NCBI GenBank assembly: GCA_964199315.1
Contig: OZ116706.1
Location: 27,280,001 to 27,344,000 of the forward strand
Direction: 5' to 3'
From: Orbicella franksi
Lineage: Eukaryota
DNA: 64,000 bases
The notes beneath the pieces were generated by a model. That model saw nothing but the letters and a program-made list of their open reading frames with translations. It had not been told where the DNA came from and made no database searches. Both the position numbers and the translations under genes were made by a program. Shown one piece after another: positions 58,005 through 64,000 of this stretch (within the stretch, counting starts at the first letter, position 1; each line of letters begins with the position of its first letter).

Positions 58005-59112
58005 ATGGTAAGTATTTTGTTATCGTCTCGGAAAGTTTTGTGCTTCATCCACGAGCTGCATGTATCGGGAAAAGATTCCTGAAGGGGTAGAATTACTTTT
58101 AACTGAGGTTTTCTACGAGGAACTATCAGCTAGTAACAGGATATATGTAAAGAATTTTACTAAAGTAAACTCGATGGTATGAGTCTTGATAACGAAACTT
58201 GTCGGCACCGACCTTGTTTTACTTGTGTCAGTGTTTGGATTGGTCGTTATGGTAATGTGCTGGTGTCAACCACACGAAATGATAAACATGAGCGTATTCA
58301 CATGGTTACCATTTAGTTGCTCAAAGAGTGAAGAGTTTTAATATACTAAAAAAATACAGGTGCTTGGGTGCAAAATCTACAGGTTTTTTTTCTATTCATT
58401 AGGGAAACCCAATTATATATTTGTGTTTACTTTTAAGTCTATCCAAGTGTGTCATCGGGAAAAAAAGTGTTTTATAATCTTTCCAGGTAAATATGATGCA
58501 TAGTCAGGAACGAGAACTAAAGAAAGCGATCAAGCTTCCAACTTTAATGCCATGGAATTCTAATGTGATGATACAAAGGATGGTTTTGATGCGGTCGAGA
58601 TGCGGGAAGGATTTCAAACTACAAGCAAAGCGGACGCCTTACCAAATATATCCTCAAGCGACAGGCCCATTGTTAAGAGAGTTGCATTCGAAGATGCTAT
58701 ACAATCGGTAATGGAGGCAAACGGACACAAAGAAGAAAAAGAAGCAGATTTAAGGTTACCAGATATCCACGATTCGGCGTCAAGTATGTCTTCGGAAGAT
58801 AGACGATTTGAAGAGAATTCTCGCAGAAACGACTTTTCTGGTTTGGACAACGAGCGAGGAACAGAAAACCACTTTTCTAAAAAAGTTGACGTTAAGGAGA
58901 ACACCGAAAACTCATTGATGAAAAACTACGAATTCCAACGTGATCTACGATTTACACAATGCTCGAAAAAACTATCGCGAGAGAGATATTCCTACTTCCC
59001 GCGTTTTCCTTCTCCAAAGACCATGAACAACAGAGAGAGAGAGACTGAAAAAAGAATTAGAGAAGAAAACATTGAAGAAACAAGAGGAAACTATTCACCC
59101 GGGAAGCCTTAG
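58005..59112 (+). CDS. Uncharacterised disordered protein with an RVxF motif; ATG-only first coding exon(s) spliced to an exon at 58487 that carries an apparent -1 frameshift
   Basis: ATG|GT at 58005-58009 and 58174-58178. Acceptor TTTCCAG|GTA at 58487 continues in frame as MVNMMHSQERELKK. The long frame is open 58564-59112 (170 aa from ATG 58600) and contains KRVAF, LRLPDI and YSYFP. Confidence 0.6.
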
Positions 59113-59248
59113 AACGAAGGAAGAATACTTTTTCTTTCCCCGAAGAAAGTTTAAAAGCAGTTTGTGAAGAAACATGAGCTGTCTTGCCGCCCTATGGATT
59201 CACCGTTTTCTTTTTTTTTTTGGATTGATTTAGCATATCTGAGGTATA

Positions 59249-59547
59249 TGGTAAAATCTGCATATACGAGCGAGTGGCCCATCAGGCCGGCGCTTACCTC
59301 CGGTTTCTGTAGCATGAAACGACTAGGAGTACTTCTACTCCCCCCTGGATGGGATGCTAGTCCATCTCTGGGTTACCCCCAGTATTAAATTCGCCGGTAC
59401 CCACTTATACACCTGGGTGGAGAGAGGCACTGTGAGAGTGAGGTGTCTTCCCCAAGAACACAACATAATGTCCCCTGCCAGGGCTTGAACCCGGACCGCT
59501 CGATCCGGAGTCGAGCGCACTAACCATGAAGCCACCGCGCCTCCTAC
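59249..59547 (-). mobile_element. Full-length young tRNA-derived SINE
   Basis: A and B boxes and CpGs intact; 12-bp TSD ATCTGAGGTATA at 59237-59248 and 59548-59559. Confidence 0.9.
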
Positions 59548-59868
59548 ATCTGAGGTATAAAGCGTGACTTAAATCAGATGGACCAGGAAACCAAACCCAT
59601 TTCTAACAAATTGCGTGACTGTGTGCAGTGAGATTGCTAAGAAATAGAATTGTAAAAGCCCACCTCAGCGGCATGCATGTCCTCCAAGAAAGAATTAAAT
59701 CGTTACATGCTACAGCGTCAGAGTCTTTGAGATATTCCTGATGTCAATAATAATGTTAAATAATGTTAGATCAAGGTTTTGGAGTTGCTTGGATATCGGC
59801 GTTTCTTTGAGGTCTCTTATTACCCGACCCAGATCTCCTCCGTCCGTTACTAGTGAGATCGAAGATTA

Positions 59869-59882
59869 GTTTCCATGGCAAC
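59869..59882. promoter_or_regulatory. RFX X-box
   Basis: GTTTCCATGGCAAC fits GTHNYYATRRNAAC fully. Confidence 0.45.
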
Positions 59883-60086
59883 TACTGCAAAGTATCGAAG
59901 TTATAACAAATGTGAAATAAATTTGTAAATAAATAAATGAATAAATAAATAAATTTAACTAGCAGTTAGCGATTAACAACGTTATTGATAGCTCGCAATA
60001 GTTCCGCTGACAAAAATTCTTCAATTAACACAAATCAATACATCAGTCTACTTCAAAAGCAAATGGTGGTGTTCAAATTCAATGCA

Positions 60087-60842
60087 TCAGTCTTTGTACT
60101 TCAAAAGCGAATGGCGGTGTTTAAATTCTCTCAGTTTTCTTCCAATTTCCGCTTCGTGGCGAGTCATTCTCTCTCGCATTTTATCTTCTGCCCAATGCGG
60201 TGGCATAGAATCGGAGCTCTGATCCACAGACTTCTTCTGAAGACAAGGAAAATAGGAGAACCCTTGACACGAAGTTCGTTCAAACCTGCCTTCGAAATAA
60301 GAATGTTTTGGCTCTATCGAATGCCCCCATTCCGAAGAGATCATCCTGTTTTCTCTGATCCGCTGTATTTTAGCCTCTTCTCTCATTTGTCTGTCGATTT
60401 TGAGTATCTCGTCGGTCAGTTTGTTCAAAAGACCTCGAGGAATTTCGTAAGTATCGCGTAAACCCAACGCAGCACTCCAGCTTTCTGTGGGCTTACTTGT
60501 AACACCTTCCGATGTTGACGTTAAAGCGAGCGAAGGCAAACGTAAATTGCCTCGTCGTTTTTCGAGCTTGGTTGGTTTAGTAGCTTCTTTTTGTCGTGTT
60601 TTTAACATTTCTTGCGTTTGAAAAGTCACCTTCGGTGATGAAGACTTCCCAGCGACTGTTTTCGACGAGTTTTTCGTCGCGAGTTCAGGAAAGTGAACTA
60701 TAACATCTTTTTGTTTCTTCTGACGCAAATATTTTTTCTTTGTGCCACTTTTTGCTTTGTGTTTACGCTTTGAGCTATTGTCGTCAGCTATCGAGGGCAG
60801 GAAAGATTGCTCCTGATTGTCAGAACTTGAATACAAAACCAT
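60087..60842 (-). CDS. Uncharacterised disordered basic protein, about 251 aa from ATG 60842
   Basis: ORF open from 61064 to TGA 60087; strong acceptor at 61003 (CTTTCTCGCTTTAATGTAG); first in-frame ATG at 60842; candidate non-coding leader exon 62441-62549 with canonical sites. An N-terminal extension from an unseen exon is possible. Confidence 0.7.
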   Translation of the reverse strand: MVLYSSSDNQEQSFLPSIADDNSSKRKHKAKSGTKKKYLRQKKQKDVIVHFPELATKNSSKTVAGKSSSPKVTFQTQEMLKTRQKEATKPTKLEKRRGNLRLPSLALTSTSEGVTSKPTESWSAALGLRDTYEIPRGLLNKLTDEILKIDRQMREEAKIQRIRENRMISSEWGHSIEPKHSYFEGRFERTSCQGFSYFPCLQKKSVDQSSDSMPPHWAEDKMRERMTRHEAEIGRKLREFKHRHSLLKYKD

Positions 60843-62767
60843 CCTCCGAGATAAAGAATATCCGGTGAACGTCAGCGAACTACATGAAGTGTCTGTGGAG
60901 AAAGACTGAGTATGTGATAGAAGCTGTGCCTTCGCGGCCCTGCTTTCATAAAACGCCTTTTGCGTGAAAAACGTACGAATATTCAGTACCTCAGTGGGTG
61001 ATGCTACATTAAAGCGAGAAAGTTTACTCCGTTGTTGTAGAAATGGTGTCAAGTTTGCATTCAATGTTTACTGTTATGGTTAAAAAATGTGTAACTTGAT
61101 AAGATCCACAACAATAACTGAATTAACTTGACAGTTATCCCCTACTGATCCACCTGCCATCTCCTAGCTATGTATTATATATTTTCAAGTGTCTAGATTT
61201 TTCTATACTTAGGCCAACTTCATCAACAAGATCTTCTCGCAGTCAAACATCAAGGTGAAAACTTTCCGTGCCAAAGCAAACAGATTTTATTGTTGTAGAC
61301 ATATGTCTGATCATCGGGCGAAAAAATCGCCACTTTTGTACAACAAGTTTCGTCCCTCGAGGTATAATGAGTGTGAATTCTCCCACTAGACGTAAATATT
61401 TAAAGGACGGGTCAATATATTTCCATGAAAACTTTATTAAAGCTTTCACGGGTTAATAACGAAACTAGCCAGTTGGAATCGTTGTTTATGCAATCTGTCA
61501 GACAGTTGTCTAGTAGTAATAGGCAAAACTTGAACCCAATAACTTTAAATTCTGTAGAAACTGGCCTACATTATTCATTTGGCATGTGTTAAACTAAATG
61601 GAAGGGTTTTCCTTAACTATTTTTTTTATTAATATAATAGGTTTCGGCGAGTTATTTTTTTCAAGCGAAGCAGTCCAATGTCTGGATATTACAAACATTA
61701 GAACCCTTCTCTAATGCCATGATTTTCAGTGCAATAAATTAGAAATAACGTTTATTTATTTATTTTTTCCGCAAAACAAACATCACATCATCACGAATCT
61801 GCTTCGCGGAAGCAACAGCTCTTTTCTGCGTGCAAAACAAATATTTTCGTGCCATATTTTCTTGTAGAATTCTGATGATTACAAATTACACATTTTCAAT
61901 GGGAAGCCATGCATCCATTGTGCAAACAGTTGTGTTATTTCAATAAAGAACATTTCCAATTGGTTATGGTAGACAATACCAACGGCTTGAGAGCCTCGAT
62001 CGAGTCGCGGGCATTTGTAAACAGCTTGCTCGATATTTATAAAGATTGATTTTCAAAATATATTTCCTTATGGTATCTCTTAAGTTTGTTCAACTTGATA
62101 TGATGTAAAATGCTGACAGAAGTTTGCTGTAAATTCAGCTAAAACCAAATTCATGTTAACAAGAAGTGAATTGTGTAATAGTAGGTTGGAAATTTTCTCT
62201 AACATGCCGGTGAATTTGAAGAACCCCAACGGGAAAATTTCCTTTATGAAACTCTAAAACAGTTCGGCAAAAGGAACTTTCTCAGTATTATATAAATATT
62301 TGTGTTTTTGGCTTGTTAACGATTATGTTTTCGTAACAACCCGCCCTGACGCTAAAACGCCTACAAAATGGTACTACAATAGAAATAAACAAATAAATGA
62401 AATAAAATGTTCGTCGTATCATGCACAAAAAACGTCTTACCTTGAATATTTGCCAATTCGAAATCAGAGGTATGTTCGAGCGTTAAAACGAAGAAGCCTC
62501 TTACAACTTATTTTCTGGTCTTGTAAATGCTCGAATTTGTTACACCGTCCTGAAAATAAATAATTGATGACTGTGCTAAGCAGTTGTCACGAATATGCCC
62601 TCCTCTCCGTCTTCCGTTATGTTTCCTGTTTCGGCCAGAAATCCACCTGTTCTCTGTTATGTTATTGTTTTTTAGAGATTGTTATTAGCAGGTAGTTAAA
62701 CGATCTTGACTTGAGTTGTTAATAGCTTTGCTTCTTAAACAGGCGTTTTAAACAAGTGCTGTCTTAA

Positions 62768-63065
62768 ATGCTCCGTCCATACTACTCCGGAGAAATTTGA
62801 AAGCGCAACTATCGGCGGTTATTTTATATTTGTGTTTGAGGTAAACTCGGGCGGGGAAATCACGTGGTTATCTTGGCACCCTCGTTTTCGAAAAGCTCCT
62901 TTCTCAAAATGTTTTCCGTCCACACCAAAACTAAAAGCCGGCGTTTGCAAGTTCCTCCGGTTTGAAGAGCGTTTTCGACAGGCTCCGTTTTCGTGACGGA
63001 TTAGTGTAGACTGTAGGCCTTACCGCGAACGTAAAGCTGCGTTTTCAAATTCCTCCGTGGTAGTA
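62768..63065. mobile_element. Degenerate Harbinger-type MITE
   Basis: Left end ...CCGTCCATACTACTCCGGAGAAATTTGAAAGCGC is mirrored by GCGTTTTCAAATTCCTCCGTGGTAGT; terminus resembles the element at 12734. Confidence 0.55.
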
Positions 63066-63738
63066 ATTTCACCTCACTACCTTGAAATGAATTGTTATTC
63101 TTGGTCTAATTCTAATTTCAGAAAGTGGCAAGCTTGCATAACTTTTGGTAAATTATTTCAGCATGTATAAATCACTATCCTGTGGACTTATTTAATCATC
63201 GATATCCAGTGAGGGTATTTTGTGTTGTTTACGGGAGGTTCCTTACCACTATGATATTTATAGTTGAAAGTCCGTTACAATTGTGCTATGAAAATAAAAG
63301 TTCGAAGAAAAAACCAAGCAGGTGATCTCTTGTGTCACAGCCGCCCTCCCCGAAAGAAAAAATCGGAGAAAGTAGCGTCTCTCCGATTTTTTCTTTCGGG
63401 AAGAGCGGCTGCCACACAGGTTAGTGATCGCGAATGTCGTGGTCTAGTTGTATGACATGTATGTTGTAAAGGAAGCGAAATGAAGACGTCCGGTCACCTT
63501 TCGTTGCGACCGGCTCGTCTTTACATCGTTTTAATCTCGCATTTTCGAAACGAAACCTTATTTCTCAGGGCACACAGCCGAAAGATGTCCTCCAAAAAGC
63601 CAAACAAACAGTTTGGCCTGCGGTCAATTTTCTCACGCTCAAATTATAAAGATGAGAGGGCGGAAACATCTGCTCCCAATGAAAATTAGCTCTCATTGAA
63701 TTTTAACGTGCAAATAGAGATTGTTCTTGCTTTGGTGC

Positions 63739-63752
63739 GTTACCATGGCTAC
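63739..63752. promoter_or_regulatory. X-box-like site in a probable promoter
   Basis: GTTACCATGGCTAC (one mismatch), with a second half-site GTTGCC at about 63768, in CpG-rich DNA upstream of the minus-strand 251-aa gene. Confidence 0.4.
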
Positions 63753-64000
63753 GTTTAGTGGCTCCAGGTTGCCTATCCTCAAACAGGAAGTCATTTCACG
63801 TCGATCCGACCCACCCTCTAATGATTTTATTCAACCTGATACCAAGAGCCACCATTGCTAATGGTCAGCGGTCTGATCTTGCATTGGTGTTCGGCAGGTA
63901 CTTCATATATAACGTTTCATATGTAGGTACCTTATGTATGGAGTTATATGGTGTAATACTGAAATAGCCTGACGAAAGGCCTGGGAATGTCATTTATTGA

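Noticed and set aside
53500-60461. Antisense or alternate-frame ORFs at 53500-53784, 54206-54620, 58614-58904 and 59985-60461
   Set aside because: They overlap longer ORFs and are best explained as shadows.
60843-61064. TTG-initiated 325-aa version of the minus-strand ORF
   Set aside because: The TTG start comes from the ORF-track settings; the segment upstream of 61003 looks like an intron 3' end.

Overview
Eukaryotic, intron-rich, AT-rich animal DNA. The repeat families and gene style suggest a stony coral or related anthozoan, but the taxon is my inference. I reconstructed three conserved genes exon by exon: the 3' part of ARHGEF17 (+, 13 exons, 309-6650), a complete polycystin-2 gene PKD2 (-, 18 exons, 902 aa, 10111-28001) and the V-ATPase accessory subunit ATP6AP1/Ac45 (-, at least 10 exons, 35997-52003, one junction unresolved). 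The last 11 kb holds three ORFs I cannot assign, all predicted disordered: 657 aa (-), about 170-210 aa (+, apparently frameshifted) and about 251 aa (-). The last two face each other and share a collinear string of short motifs, including a PP1-docking RVxF. Introns contain many SINEs and non-autonomous DNA transposons. The most informative is a three-level nest in the last ATP6AP1 intron: a 2.8-kb long-TIR element with a 6-bp TSD (IS3EU-like) that carries a MULE-like foldback MITE whose right TSD appears to have been converted into an inverted copy. RFX X-box motifs recur across the window, including a module resembling the MHC-II X-X2-Y arrangement in the ARHGEF17 3' UTR. I found no rRNA, functional tRNA, CRISPR array or prokaryotic feature. 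All family assignments come from recalled motifs; no database search was run.
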